Source: Scenedesmus sp. PABB004 (lineage: Eukaryota). From it: a DNA stretch of 64,000 nucleotides. Positions within the stretch are counted from its first letter, which is position 1, and each line of letters starts with the position of its first letter. A model generated the notes under the pieces. That model was not told the origin of the DNA, ran no database searches, and saw nothing but the letters and a program-made list of their open reading frames with translations. Location: contig JABVCE010000010.1 of the NCBI GenBank assembly GCA_014905635.1, positions 1,054,001 to 1,118,000 on the forward strand, written 5' to 3'. Both the position numbers and the translations under genes were made by a program. Positions 1 to 11,319 of this stretch are shown one piece after another.

Positions 1-78
1 CGCCTGCACGTCCTTCACGAGACGTCCTCCCGTCGGTCTGAAGCAACGCGCGGCAGCCCAGCGCCGCACCGCGCGACT

Positions 79-1864
79 ATGGCGCGCTCGCGCAGCGCGA
101 GCAGCTCGCGGAGCAGCGGCTCCTCCTCGCCCAGCCGCAGCCGCAGCAGGTGGGCGGCGGGCGCGGCCCGGCTGTTGTGGAGGCCGCGCGGCGCAGCAGT
201 CGGCGCCGCTGCGCGCGCACGGGCCCCCGGGCGCCGCTGGGGGCGGGGCCCACGCCGCGCCGGGGTGGTCCCCGCCTCCCCTCAAGCGCGGCGCGCGCGC
301 CGGCGCGGCGCTGGACCGGGAGCGGCGCGATCATCACCGTCGTGCTGCTGCCGCCCCCCGGCGCGCGCGCAGGTCGGCGAAGCCCGCGCGCAGCGGGAGC
401 CCCGATGACGCGAAGCCCCGCAGCGAGCTGCGCCGGGGCTCGGCGCAGGCGGCAGCGGAGAACGGCGCCGCCAAGGTGCGGGCAGCAGCGGCGGGCAGCA
501 GCGGCCGGCGCGGCGCCGCCGCCCCCGCGCGGCCCGCCGTCGCCCGCGCCGCGAGCCTCACGGTGCACCGACGACGCCCGCCCGGCCGCGCCGCGCGCGC
601 AGGACAAGCCCGCCGGCGGCGAGTCCGAGGAGCTGCCGCGCAAGCTGCACGTCTCGCGCCTCACCCGCAACGTGACCGAGGCGCACGTGCGCGAGATCTT
701 CGGCGCCTACGGCGAGCTGCTGTCCTGCAAGTGCGCGCGGCCCGCCGCTGTTTCTTTTTCCCGCGCTGACACGTGCCGCCGCACGCGCCGCCGCGCCGCC
801 GCGCCGTGCGCCGACAGCCCCGCCGCCCGCCTCTCTGCCCGCCTCTCTGTCCCCGCAGCCTCGCGATGGACGAGCGCGTGCAGCTGCCCAAGGGCTACGC
901 GGTCGTGGAGTACGCGGCCCGCGCCGACGCGGAGCGCGCGCGCGACTACATGGACGGCGGCCAGCTCGACGGCGCCGTGCTGCAGTGAGCGCCGGCGCTG
1001 GGGGGACAGGGCGCCCGCGGCGCGCGTGCGCTCGCAGGGGCGCGCGACACGTCGGCGGCGGCGTCAGCGCGCCCGCCTCACCCCTGCCCCCGCCCCCGCC
1101 GCCGCCGCGGCAGGGTCGCGTTTGTGCTGCAGGCCAAGAAGCGCCCCGAGGCGCAGCTGCCGGGCGGCCGCGCGCCGCTCTCGGCGGCGGAGCGGGACCG
1201 CGTGCGCGAGCGCGAGCGCGGCGGCGCGCGCTCGCCGCCGCGCGGGCGCTCACCGCCGCGCGGCCGCTCCCCGCCGCGCGGGCGCTCGCCGCCGCGCGGC
1301 GGGCGTGAGGCGTATGGCCGGGACGGGCCCGGCCCCCGGCGCGGGCCCTCGCCCGGCGGCTTCCGGCGCTTCCCCTCGCCCCCAGGCCGCCAGGGCAGCG
1401 GGCGGATGGCGCCCGGCCGCGGCTACGGCCCCGGCGGGCGCAGCCCGCCGCGCCGCCGCTCGCGCACGCCGCCGGGCAGGGGCCGCAGCCCGGGGCTGCG
1501 CCGCAGGAGCCCCGCCGCGGCACCGCGGGTGCGTGGCAGGCTGCGCGGCACCGCCGCGCGTCGGCGCCCCCGCCTGCCGCTCACGCGCCCTGCTGTCGCC
1601 CGCCGTTCCCGCCCGCAGGGCCGCAGCCGCAGCCCCGTGCGGCGCAACTCCTCGCCCGGGCGCCCCTCGCGCGGCAGGCCGAGCAAGAGCCGGAGCCGGA
1701 GCCGCGGCCGCCGCTCCAGCAGCAGCAGCAGCAGCCGGAGCCGCGGGCGCAGCAGCAGCAGCCGCAGCCGCAGCCGCGGGCGCGGGCGCGGCCGGAGCAG
1801 CAGCCGCAGCAGCAGCCGCCGCAGCAGCAGCCGCAGCACCACGCCGCCGCGCCGCAGGCGCTGA
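79..1864 (+). CDS. SR45: SR45/RNPS1-like serine/arginine-rich splicing factor (RRM plus RS domains), multi-exon
   Basis: Spliced RRM: KLHVSRLTRNVTEAHVREIFGAYGEL (603-730), then MDERVQLPKGYAVVEYAARADAERARDYMDGGQLDG (859-985). N-terminal SRS stretch from ATG 79. C-terminal RSPP and RS repeats to TGA 1864. Confidence 0.85.
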
Positions 1865-2039
1865 GGGGCCGCCGGGCTCGTGCGCGGGCCGGCGCCGGCG
1901 CCTGGCTGGCGCCACCGCGCCGCGGCTGCCTTTGGGCTGGAAGGGAGAACAGGCTGCCCGTGTGTGTCTCGCTTTGCATCCGCGGCCGTGGTGTTCCCTG
2001 TGTGCCGTGGTGTTGATCTGTGTGCCGCATCGGCGGCAC

Positions 2040-2044
2040 TGTAA
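2040..2044 (+). promoter_or_regulatory. TGTAA chlorophyte polyadenylation signal of the SR45-like gene
   Basis: TGTAA about 180 nt after the stop codon; the established chlorophyte poly(A) signal. Confidence 0.6.
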
Positions 2045-2123
2045 CGACGGATGAATTACCAGCGCCGCTCCGCGTCGGTGCGCAACAGCAGGCCGCGCGC
2101 ACGCACGCGCCCCCCGCCGCCCG

Positions 2124-2858
2124 CTACCTGCTGCGGCTGCGCGACCGCGCCGCCCGGCGGTCGCGGGAGCGCGACCGCGAGCGCCCGCCGCCGGCGCCGC
2201 TGCCGCCACGTGCGAGCGGCGCGCGCTCCTCGTGCGCGTCGCGCCGCGCCGGCCGTGCCGGCGAGCGGCTGCGGCTGCGGCTGTCGCGGCGGCGCTGCGC
2301 GGGGCTGCGGCTGCGGCTGCGGCTGTCTCGGCGGCGCGGCGCGGGGCTGCGGCTGCGGCTCCGGCGCTTGCCGTGGCGGCCGCGCCCGCCGCCGTCGCTG
2401 TCGGACGAGCTGCCGTCGCTGCTGCTGTCGCTGTCGCTGTCGCTGCCGCGGCGCTTGGCCTTGCTGTGCTTGTGCTTCTGCTTCTCCTTGCCCTCCCGCT
2501 TGTGCTTCTTGCTGTGCTTGCGCGCCTTCTTTTTCTCCTTCTTCAAGCGCTTGGCCAGCTTGGCCGCCGCGCTGCTGCCGCCGGGCGGCGCGGCGGCCGC
2601 CTCCTGCAGCGCCGCCTGCTCGAGCTTGGCCGCCCAGTCGGCCCTGTGCGCGGCGGCGGGCGGCGGGCAGCGCGCCGTTGGCGGCGGCGGCGGCGGCACA
2701 GGCGCAGCGCGCACGGGCCGCCGTGCGTGCTCGCACTTTTCCTGCTTCTGGTTGAGCTTCTTGTCGAGCTTGTCCATCACCTCCTTGGCAAACTGCGTGC
2801 GCGTCGCCTCCGACACGTGGATGGGAGGCGGCGCCTCCTGGTTGCGCCGCGGCGGCAT
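2124..2858 (-). CDS. Lys/Arg/Ser-rich nuclear protein, probably with one intron near 2648-2735
   Basis: [41 protein letters not shown]...[12 protein letters not shown]...[15 protein letters not shown]...SDSDS...RSRSRSP to TAG 2124. Coding-like codon usage. Confidence 0.65.
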   Translation of the reverse strand: MPPRRNQEAPPPIHVSEATRTQFAKEVMDKLDKKLNQKQEKCEHARRPVRAAPVPPPPPPTARCPPPAAAHRADWAAKLEQAALQEAAAAPPGGSSAAAKLAKRLKKEKKKARKHSKKHKREGKEKQKHKHSKAKRRGSDSDSDSSSDGSSSDSDGGGRGRHGKRRSRSRSPAPRRRDSRSRSRSPAQRRRDSRSRSRSPARPARRDAHEERAPLARGGSGAGGGRSRSRSRDRRAARSRSRSR

Positions 2859-3451
2859 GGCTGCCGCTGCTGCGGGTGGTGGAGGGAGGAGCTTCTGCAC
2901 CCGGTCTCTGTGATGCGGGCTGCCGACGGCGAAGCCCCCAGGCGCGGCGGCGGAGCGGCGGCGCGACGGCGGCCGCTGCTGCTGCGCGTCTCTGTCGCGC
3001 GCTACGACGGCTGGGGATGCCGCGCGCTGCGGAGGGGCGGCGCAGGACAGCGATGCAGGTTTGGGGCGGCTCTGCAGGCGCGGTGGATGGCAGCCGGAGG
3101 CGGGCGGGCACGGGCAGCGATCGGGCCGGGGCTTTGCGCCCGCTCTCTCGCGGCGCGGCCGAGCGTGCATGCCCGCCGCTCCGCCCGCCACACTCTGCGA
3201 CACCTCCACCCGCCGGCATCGCCCTCAGGCCCCAGCGGCCCTCCCCGGCTCACCCGGCAGCAGCAGCAGCAGCAGCGCCGCCGCGCCGCTCGGCTCAGGG
3301 CCCCGCCCAGCCCCGCGCGCCTCCCGCGGGAGCGCCAGCTGCTGCCGCCCCTCGCTCGGCACCGCGCTCGGCGCCAGCCCGCCGGAGCGCGCCGCCGGCC
3401 GCACCCGCCGCTCCTGCGGCGCACGGCGAGCCGCCCGCGCCGCGCCACGCC

Positions 3452-3485
<34 letters not shown>

Positions 3486-3505
3486 GGCCTGCGGCGCGCG
3501 CCGCG

Positions 3506-3891
3506 ATGATCGAGGTCATCCTCAACGACCGGCTGGGCAAGAAGATCCGCGTCAAGTGCAACGAGGACGACACGGTGGGCGACCTCAAGAAGCTCGTCGC
3601 CGCGCAGACGGGCACGCGGCCGGAGAAGATCCGCATCCAAAAGTGGTACACCGTCTACAAGGTGCGGCGGCCGCCTGAGCAATGGCTGAGACTAATTTGA
3701 CTAGATTGACGGACTGACTGATCGGCTGAGTGGTCTGAGTGTGCACTCGCGGCGCCAGCGGCCGGCGGCGCGCCCGGGGCCGCCCGCGCAATGCGCGCCG
3801 CCCGCGCCCGCGCGCGCGCCCGCAGGACCACATCAGCCTCGCCGACTATGAGATCCATGACGGCATGGGCCTGGAGCTGTACTACAACTGA
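3506..3891 (+). CDS. UBL5: Ubiquitin-like protein 5 (Hub1); exons 3506-3661 and 3826-3891
   Basis: [73 protein letters not shown], joined by a GT-AG intron; C-terminal YY motif typical of Hub1. Confidence 0.97.
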
Positions 3892-4520
3892 GTGAGGACC
3901 ACAACTGAGCGAGGCTCTGTTGAGTTCCTCAGCCCAACTGACTCGTGAGCTCAACTGAGCGAGACTCTGCCGCAACCGAGCGAGAGCGACTCTCGAGCAG
4001 CGTGGCGCGCGCGCGACGCGGCTGGCCGGCGGGGGCGCGCGACGACGCGACACGGCGGACGGCGGCGGGCCAGCGCGCTGGGTGCGCGTTGCACACGTCT
4101 CGCAGCCACGAAGCTGCCGGGCGCCGGCGCCCGTGCAACGCGCGCCCCTGCCTCTCGGCCGCGCGTCTCCCGCCCCGTGCGTCCGCCAGGGCGCCCGCCT
4201 GCCTGCCTAGTCGCGAGCCCGCGCCCGCCGCTGCAGCTGCAGCGGCGGCGCCTGCTGCCGCGCGAGCCCCGCCGCGCAGCACACCGCGCCAGCCGGCGCG
4301 CCCGCCCGCTGCGGGCGCAGCAGCCGCAATGGCGGCCGGCCGGCTGCCAAGGGAAAAAAGCCTATGTACAGAGACGGCGCACGCGGCGCGCAGCACGCGC
4401 AGCGCGCTGCGCCTCGCCCGCGGCGCCCCCGCGCACGCGGCGTGGGAGGCAGAGAGAGAGAGAGAGAGAGACGGCGCACACGCACGCGTGCCTGCTGCTG
4501 CTCGCCGGCCCGTCACGCGT

Positions 4521-6654
4521 TCACTTCTCCTCTGTGTTGATCTTCAGGACTGCCATGAAGGCGGCCTGGGGCACCTCGACGCGCCCGAGCTGCTTCATGC
4601 GCTTCTTGCCCTCCGCCTGCTTGGCGAGCAGCTTCTTCTTGCGGCTGTGGGCGTGTGGGTGTGGGTGGGTGGGGGTGGGTGGGTGTGGGGGGGGGGGTGT
4701 CAGCGCCGGCGCAGAGTGCAGCAGTCGCAGCCGTGGGCTGCCCCCGGGGCTCGCACCCACAGACACACACACGCACACACACGCAGACACACGCACACGC
4801 GCGCGCGCGTCACCTGATGTCGCCGCCGTAGCACTTTGCGAGCACGTCCTTGCGGTACGGCGCGATCGCCTCGCTGGCGATGACCTTGGTGCCGATGCAC
4901 GCCTGGTGGGGCGGGCGCGCAGGGTTTTGTTTCAGCGGGAAGGGTGGTTTAGCGGGGCGTGAGTGGGCGGGCGAGTGGGCGAGGAGCGGAGCGAGGGGGG
5001 TGTCGAGGGGTGCTCCGCGGACGCCGCGGTCAAACAAACACACAGCGCCCGCTGTCGCCTGCGGCAGGCGCCCGCGACGCGCCCCGGCCCCTGCCCGAAA
5101 CACGCACGCACACGCCGCCCGCGCGCGCGCGCGCCCGCAGCCAGCCAGCGCGCGGCGCGGCGCGGCGCGGCGCGCCGAAGCGCGGCTGGGGTCACCTGTA
5201 TGGGCACGCGGAACATCTGGCGGGGGATGAGCTCCTTCAGCTTGGAGCAGAGCGCCTTGCCGGTGCGGTAGCTCGCGTCGCGGTGGCAGATGACGCTGAG
5301 CGGGTCGGCGGGCTCGCCGTTGATCTTGATCTCCAGCAGCACCAGGTCGTTCGCGCTGCGCCGCGCGCGGCGCGCGGCGGCGGGGTTTAGCGGGGGGCCT
5401 TTGAGCAGAGCGGGGCGGGGCGCGCGCGAACCGAGGGACCCCGCCCGCCGCTCGCCCCGCCGCGGCGCACGCCGCTCTCTCGGCCCCGCCCCGCCGCCCC
5501 GGGCCCCGCCGCGCGAGCCGCCCCTCCCCTCCTAAACCCCGCGGCTCAGCCCCTCCCCTAAACCCCGCAATCGACCCCGCCGCCGCACCGGTAGCCCGTG
5601 ATCTTGTACTCCATGCTCGCGTAGCCCTTGCTGCGCGACTTGAGCTGGTCAAAGTAGTCGGTCACCACCTCGGCGAGGGGGATGTTGAACACGAGCGTCG
5701 TGCGCGAGTCTGGGGGGCGGGCGGGGTGTAGGGAGGAGGAGGAGGAGGAGGGTTTAGAAGCGGAGGGGTGAGCGTGAGGGAGAGGGCAGGTGAGCGTGAG
5801 TGTGTGTGTGAGGAGAGGGGGACGGAGAGAGGGGGAGCAGGCGGCGGCGCGGGCGCTGATGGGGGCGCACGATGCAGCTCCCTCCAACCCCCGCCCCCGC
5901 GCGCCACACCCGCCCCCTAAACCCTGGACCCCCTGAGCCCACCTGTGAGGTACTTCATCTCCACAAACTCGCCCCGCCGGTTGTTGGCGAGCTCCATCAG
6001 GTTTCCCACGTAGTCGGTCGGCGTCACCTGCACGCCGCGCAGGGTTTAACGGCGGGGCGAGGGCTTAGGGCACAAGGCGCAGAGGGAAACGCTCCGCGCG
6101 CACGGGCCGAGCGGCGCGGAGGCCCCCGGTGCGTGCGCGCGCGCGCGCGCGCGCGCCGCACCATCTCCAGGCGCACGTAGGGCTCCGAGAGGCTCTGCCG
6201 CTTCGTCGGCTCCGGCAGGTCGCCCGGGCTGTTGACCGTCACCTCCGTGCCGTCTGCGCCCCGGCGGGGCGGGGGCGGCGCGATCAGGCGCGCCGCGCGC
6301 GCGCGGTCGGCGGGCGCGGCGCCATCAGCGGCCCGCGCCGCGCCCTCCGCCCATCAGCCCTCCCTCGCCCCTGCCTCCCCACACAGGTTCAGGGTGTCCC
6401 TGAACCCCTCCCCACCGCACCCCCTGAACCCCGCACCCCACACCGCGCACGCACCCGTGAGCAGGGCGCGGTAGACGACCGTCGGCGCGGTGGTGACGAG
6501 GTCGAGGTCGTACTCACGCTCCAGGCGCTCCTGCGTGGGCGTGGGTGTGTGGGCGTGTGTGTGGGTGTGTGTGTATGTGTGTGGGTGTGGGTGTGGGTGT
6601 GGGTGTGGGTGTGGGTGTGGGTGTGGGTGTGGGTGTGGGTGTGGGTGTGGGTGT

Positions 6655-6743
<89 letters not shown>

Positions 6744-8534
6744 TGAGTGTGTGTGTGGGTGGGCGTGACACATGTGAGGCGGTGCCAGGTGGGGAGCGGC
6801 GCAGAGGGGCGGGCGCAGCGCGGCCGCGCGGGGAGGGCTGGCAAGCTGCGCCCGCCCGACGCCGACGCCACCAGTCAACAGCCCTCCTCACCTGCACGAT
6901 CTCCATGTGCAGCAGGCCCAGGAAGCCGCAGCGGAAGCCAAAGCCCATCGCGTTGTTCACCTCCGGCTCAAACTTGAGCGCGGCGTCGTTCAGCTGCAGC
7001 TTGCCCAGCGCCTCGCGCAGGTCCTGGGGTTTGGGGTTTGGGGTTTGGGGTTCAGGCGGGCGCGGGGGCGTCGTTGGCGTGTGCGCAGAGCGGCAAGGCT
7101 TGTGTGCGCGCGCGTGCGCGTGGGAGGGGCGCCGGGGAACGCCCGGGCGCGGCCGCGCGGGGCGCGCGGCCGCGCGCGCCGCCGCCGCCGCCGTCCCCGC
7201 GTGCGCGCCGCCGGCGGCAGGCTTCCAACGCAAAAACAACTAACGCAACAACAACGCAATAACAAACGCACCTGGTAGTCGTCCGCGTCTGTGGGAAAGA
7301 GGCCGCAGTAGACCATGGGCTGCACGTCCTCGTACCCCCCCAGCGCCTCAGCCGCGGGAGCCTTGGCGATCGTGACCGTGTCGCCCACGCGCGCGTCCTG
7401 GTCCGCGGGCGCGGCGGCGGCGCGCGCGGGGATGGTGGGGGGGGGGGCGGTGGGGCGTGGCGGGGTTGGGCGGCGCACGCGCGCGCGGCGGGGCGGGGGG
7501 CGGGCCGGGGCCAGGCGGCGGCCGCACCTGCACCGACTTGATCTGCGCCGCCAGGTAGCCCACCTCGCCCGCGTACAGCGCGTCAACCTGCGGCCGGCGC
7601 GGCGCGGCGCGCGCGTGGGCGCGCGGGCGCGTGGGCGCGCGTGGGCGCGCGTGGGCGCGCGGCGCGCGGGCGCGGGGCGGCGGGGCAGCGGGGCAGAGGG
7701 CAGCGGGGGAGCGCGCCGCCGCCGCGCGCCGCCGCGGGGCCCGCGCGAGGCCCCCGTGCGCACACCCCTCCCCCTCGCCCCTAAACCCCGTCGGCCCCTA
7801 AACCCCAAAGCCCCGCACCGGCGTCTTGACGGGCGCGAGGACGCCGATCTCGTCGAGCGTGTACTCCTTGCCCGTGTTCATCATCACCACCGTGTCGCCG
7901 CGCTTCACCTGGGGTTCAGGGGGAGGGTTTAGGGTTCAGGGGGGGGGGGCAGGGTTTAGGGTTCGGGGCGCAGGGCGCAGGGTTGGCGACCCCCGCGCGG
8001 CGGCAGGCGCGCGGCGGCAGCAGGGGCGGCGGGAGGGGCGGACGGCGCGGCCCTCCCGCCGTCGGGGCCCCTAAACCCCGCCGCGCCCCGCCCGCGCGCG
8101 GCGCCCCTAAGCCCTGCCGCGCGGGCCGCACCACGCCGTCCATGACCCTGAACTGGCAGACCACGCCGCGGTAGGGGTCGTAGTAGGAGTCAAAGATCAG
8201 CGCGCGCAGCGCCGCCTGGGCGGTTGGGCGCGGGGGTTTAGGCGGGGCGGGGGGTGCAGGGGGGCGGGGTTTAGGGGGTGGGTTCAGGGGGCGGGTCGAG
8301 GGGGGCGGGGAAAGCAGCGCAGGCCGAGCGCCCGACTGCCCCGCAGCGGCGCGGCGCGGCGCAGCGCGGCCCGGCGCGCCAGCCGCGCCAGCCGCGCACG
8401 TCGCATGTGTTTTGCGGCGGCGGCACGCGCGCGACGATCGCCTCGAGCGTCTCTGCGATGCCCACGCCCGTCTTGGCCGACGCGCGGATGATGTTGCTGC
8501 AGTCCAGGCCTGCGGCGGTGTGTGGGTGGGGGCA

Positions 8535-8569
<35 letters not shown>

Positions 8570-10829
8570 AGGGGGGGGGATGAGCCGTCAGCAGAGCGGG
8601 CGGGGAGGCCTTTGAGAGCGCCCTTGCTGCCTCTTTGAGACCTTGGCCTTGCTGCCACGGGCCGTGAGTGCCCCCAAACACAGACGCCCCTCCCCCAAAC
8701 ACACAGACACACACGCGCACCAATGATCTCCTCAATCTCACGGATGACGCGCTCCGGCTCGGCGCCTGCGGCCGCACAGTGCGGCGCGGTGCGGCGGCGG
8801 CGCGGTGCGGCGCGGTGCGGCGGCGGCGGCCTGAGCCTCGGCCTCGGCCCGCGCGCCCCGCGCCGCGCCGCGCCCGCCGCCCCTCTCGGCGGCCCCTCCC
8901 CGCCCAGCTCCTCCTCAACCCTGGTCCTGAGCCCTGATCCCTTGAGCCTTGAGCCCTAAGCCCTAAGCCGACTGAGCCCTAAGCCCTAAGCCCTTTTGAG
9001 CCCTCACCCGGGAGGTCGATCTTGTTGAGTATGGGCACGATCTCCAGGTCGTTCTCCAGCGCGAGCCACACATTGGCCAGCGTCTGCGCCTCCACGCCCT
9101 GGCTCGCGTCCACCACCAGCAGCGCCCCCTCGCACGCCGCGAGGCTGCGCGACACCTGCGGCGGCGCGCGGGAGGCGCGCGGCGGCGGCCTGAGCCCACA
9201 GCCCTGCGGCCCGAGCTTCCACAGCCCTGCGCCCCCACAGACCCGCGCCCCCCACAGCCCTGACTGAGCCCTGAACCGCACAGCCCCGCGCCCACAGCCC
9301 TGACTGAGCCCTGAACCGCACAGCCCCGCGCCCACCTCGTACGTAAAGTCCACGTGGCCGGGGGTGTCGATGAGGTTGAGCGCATACAGCTGCCCGTCGG
9401 CCGCAGTGTACCTGATATGGTGGCGGGCGGGCGGGCAGGCGTGGGCGTGTGGGCGGGTGTGGGCGGGGCGTGGGCATGGGCGCGGGGTGTGGGCGGGCGT
9501 GGTGTGTGTGTGGGGGGGGGGGGGGGGGGGGGTGCAGAGTGTAGGGCCGGAGAGGGGGCGATAGACGAGGGAGGTCTGGAGAGGGGAGAGGGGAGAGGGA
9601 GGCATGTGCTGCTGATCAGTAGCCCGGGGCCCTCATGCGGGGTGAGGGGCGAGCGTGCCAGATACGGCAGGCTGCTCTGGCAAAGTATCCCAATGCTCGC
9701 CGCCGAGGGGTGCGCGGCGGCGAGCTACGAAGCCTTGCCGTGCGCGCGGCGTCCGCCGCGTGCGCGCGCGCCGCGCCGCCGGCCGCTCCCGCGTGCCGCC
9801 GCTGCCTGTCGCTGCCGCTGCCTGCCGCCGCGCTGCTGGCCAGCGCCCCGCGCGGCCCGTTGCGGCCCCACCACCACGAGCGTCACCTCATGCGCGCTGT
9901 GTTGAGCTTGATGGTGATGCCGCGCTCGCGCTCGATGTCATTCGAGTCCATGAACTGGTCCTGCAAGGCGACCAACAGCAGCAGCAGCAGCAGCAGCAGC
10001 AGGGGGGCGGGCGGGCGGGCGGGCGGGCGGGCGGGCGTGGGGCACGCCGTCAGCCCGCGAGCTGCTGCCGCGCGTGCCGCCGCCGCGGGCGCCCGCCCGG
10101 CCGCCCCCCCCCCCCCGCCCCCCCCCCCCCCCGCCGCCGCCGCGCCCGCGCGCCGGCAGCAGCGCCGAGCTGCTGCCGCGGGCGGGCGCCGTGCCGCGCC
10201 GCCACGCGCCATCATGTCGCGCGCCGCGACGGTCTCCGTCTTGAGCAGCAGCTGGTCGGCGAGCGTGGACTTGCCGTGGTCGATGTGGGCGATGATGCAA
10301 AAGTTGCGGATGCGCTCCACCGGCACCTGGGACGGCCGGCGGCGGGGCGGGCGACCGACGGCGGAGGCGGCGGGGGCGCGCGGTGATTCGGCGCGGCCGC
10401 GCGCGGCGCGCCGGCGGCGCAGCACCGGCAGCGGCCGCGCCGCCGCGCGCCGCGGCCCGCCCCGGCACCCCCACGGACGCGGCCACGCGGCGGGGCGCCA
10501 ATGGGGCGCGGCGCGGCGCCGGCGGCGCGGCGGCGGCGCGGCTGCTGTGGCCGCGACGCGCGCACCTTTGCGACCGCGCCATTGCCGTACTTTGCGCCTG
10601 GGCCGCCCTTCTCCAGCAGCGTCTCCGGCGCCACCGCCGCGGCGGCGGCCGCCACGCTGGCGCGCTGGCCCGGGCGCGGTGGGGCGTGGGCCGGCCTGCT
10701 GCTGCTGCCGCCCGGCGCGAGCCGCGCCGGGCCGGCGCGGCCACACCGAGGCCCTAGGGGCACGCGCAGGCCGCCCCTGACATGGCTGGACCCCGCCCCG
10801 GCCACGCCCGGGGCACGGCCGCGGAGCAT
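4521..10829 (-). CDS. lepA: Translation factor LepA/GUF1 (EF-4), plastid-targeted, many exons
   Basis: Transit-peptide-like exon from ATG 10829. Motifs [104 protein letters not shown]. Stop at 4521. Confidence 0.95.
6534..6760. repeat. Compound (GGGTGT)n/(GT)n microsatellite in a lepA intron
   Basis: Tandem GGGTGT then GT repeats seen directly. Confidence 0.95.
9251..9330. repeat. Exact 40-bp tandem duplication in a lepA intron
   Basis: cccacagccctgactgagccctgaaccgcacagccccgcg occurs at 9251-9290 and 9291-9330. Confidence 0.9.
9602..9740 (-). ncRNA. Putative intronic H/ACA box snoRNA/scaRNA, copy 1 (lepA intron 9412-9886)
   Basis: Hairpin 1 (GGCAAGG/CTTTGCC lower stem, GCTCGCCGCCG/CGGCGGCGAGC upper stem), then H box AGAGCA (9678-9673), then hairpin 2 (CTGC/GCAG, GCTCG/CGGGC, CCCTCA/TGAGGG), then ACA (9607-9605) plus 3 nt. 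The upper stems end 16 and 14 nt before the H and ACA boxes. Confidence 0.75.
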
Positions 10830-11319
10830 GGCCGAGTTTGCTGCGCTGCGCGCTACGCCGACCGCATGGTGGGCTGGCGCTGGTCGCGAGAGCGGCGTTG
10901 CAGTCTGCCGAGCGCACCTGTGGCGCCTGGTGCGGCGGGGGCATCGCAGAAAGCGGCGGCGTGTTACTTTGGCGTCGAGCCCGGCGGTCGCGGAGCCGCT
11001 CCCCGCGTGCCCCGGCCCGTCCCTTGAGTGTCCCTGTGGCCTCCCAAGCCGCGCACGTCGCTCCCCGCGCCCGCACAGCGCCAGCGGCGCGTGCTGCTGC
11101 TGCGCTCGCCGCGCTGCGTGCCGCCGCCGCCAGCCCTCCACGCCCTGCCACGCCCGGCTCAGCTCGCGCACGATCGACCACACGCCTCTGCGCGCCGGCT
11201 CGCCCCAACGCGTGCCGTGCGCCGCGGCAGCAGCGGCGCAGCGGGCACAGCGGCGCACGGTCGGCCGCGCCGGGGCCGCGCGCGGGCGCCGGCGGGCGCC
11301 CGGCGGCAGCGCTCCCGGC

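Noticed and set aside
6354..6878. His/Thr/Pro-repeat or Cys/Val-repeat 'proteins'
   Set aside because: They are translations of an intronic GT microsatellite.
9190..9335. CRISPR-like or regularly spaced repeats (also 27508-27550 and 46040-46130)
   Set aside because: These are simple tandem repeats without unique spacers inside eukaryotic introns, and there are no cas genes.
9602..9740. Specific rRNA pseudouridylation target for the H/ACA candidate (partial match to SSU ...GUGCCAG)
   Set aside because: Only one arm of the pocket matched from memory, so no target can be claimed without a search.
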